Shown piece after piece: positions 63,344-64,000 of a DNA stretch of 64,000 nucleotides. Under the pieces are notes generated by a model. That model was given only the letters and a program-made list of their open reading frames with translations, did no database searches and was not told the DNA's origin. How positions within the stretch are numbered: position 1 is the stretch's first letter; each line of letters begins with the position of its first letter. The DNA comes from Octopus bimaculoides (Eukaryota), in contig NC_068982.1 of NCBI RefSeq assembly GCF_001194135.2, positions 164,943,920-165,007,919 on the forward strand, read 5' to 3'. The position numbers were made by a program, and so were the translations under genes.

Positions 63344-63400
<57 letters not shown>

Positions 63401-63412
63401 ATCATTATTATT
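63340..63412. repeat. (TTA)n microsatellite separating two R4 copies
   Basis: Directly visible. Confidence 0.95.
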
Positions 63413-63690
63413 TCATGTTTGATTTTTGTTTTGCATTTGTACAAGTTGGATCCAAGTTTCACCCAGAGACCTCAAGAGACAACAAGTTAGAAGTTCATGT
63501 AGGTGTTATGCTTAGGGTACCATATATTTGGATTTATACATAGTATTGTTCTAGATAATGTTTAAGAAACCATAAGAAAATTATGTTCTTGTTTTAAAAT
63601 TTGAAATCACATAGACAGTATTTTACGTAGGATATGGGCAGTTCCCATGAGCACTATCTTTTGAACTTCAGCCATTTTGGGGTTTCCTGG
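63412..63690 (-). mobile_element. Very short 5'-truncated R4 3' end from another subfamily
   Basis: PGNPKMAEVQKIVLMGTAHILRKILSM* plus 3' UTR, bounded by (TAA)n on both sides. Confidence 0.85.
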
Positions 63691-63710
63691 TATTATTATT
63701 ATTATTATTA

Positions 63711-64000
63711 TTCAGTAGTTTTATTTTTATAACGTGCTTTCACTTCACTACCGAGCGCAGCTCTGTGCGCCTTGGGTATGTGCTGTGGTTTGCTGTGGTG
63801 CTCTTATGTTTACTGTATTGAAAGTGTTTTGCGTAGAATGTGTGCAGTACCCAGTAGTGCAATTTTCTGTATGTTATATATATTTGTAAGTCCTGGTGTT
63901 TTTGTTATGTATTTGTCTGAATATTTTTTTATTATACCTAAGGCACCTACTATGATAGGAATTGTTTCTGTTTTTAGATTCCACATTCGAGTTATCTCTA
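63711..64000 (-). mobile_element. Young R4/Dong-type 3' end, running off the window edge
   Basis: Uninterrupted frame EITRMWNLKTETIPIIVGALGIIKKYSDKYITKTPGLTNIYNIQKIALLGTAHILRKTLSIQ*, then a 3' UTR ending CTACTGAA(TAA)n. Confidence 0.92.

Overview
AT-rich animal genomic scaffold with 13 N-gaps, nearly all abutting microsatellites. It is dominated by decayed transposable elements. The SINE families, microsatellite load and LINE content look like an octopod cephalopod (Octopus sp.); this is inferred from recalled repeat families, not a database search. I recognised no intact host protein-coding gene. The long ORFs are artefacts of N-runs or microsatellites, or pieces of broken retrotransposon ORFs. 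Content: (1) at least 10 copies or fragments of R4/Dong-type non-LTR retrotransposons (RT plus restriction-like endonuclease). They fall into a group flanked by (CATA)n (12.4-15.1, 16.1-18.4 and 49.6-53.1 kb) and a group bounded by (TAA)n (22.5-24.1 kb and a stack at 59-64 kb). (2) A CRE-clade fragment, several CR1/L2-type fragments, one RTE fragment and three Penelope-like fragments. (3) Tc1/mariner remnants and MITEs. (4) Three tRNA-derived SINE families plus a head-to-head tRNA-like mini-element. (5) Several long inverted-repeat pairs and a few low-confidence exon candidates, including a possible 9-nt microexon. The best leads are the apparent target split among R4 elements, the tRNA-like mini-element sharing the R4 3' end, and the dense inverted repeats.
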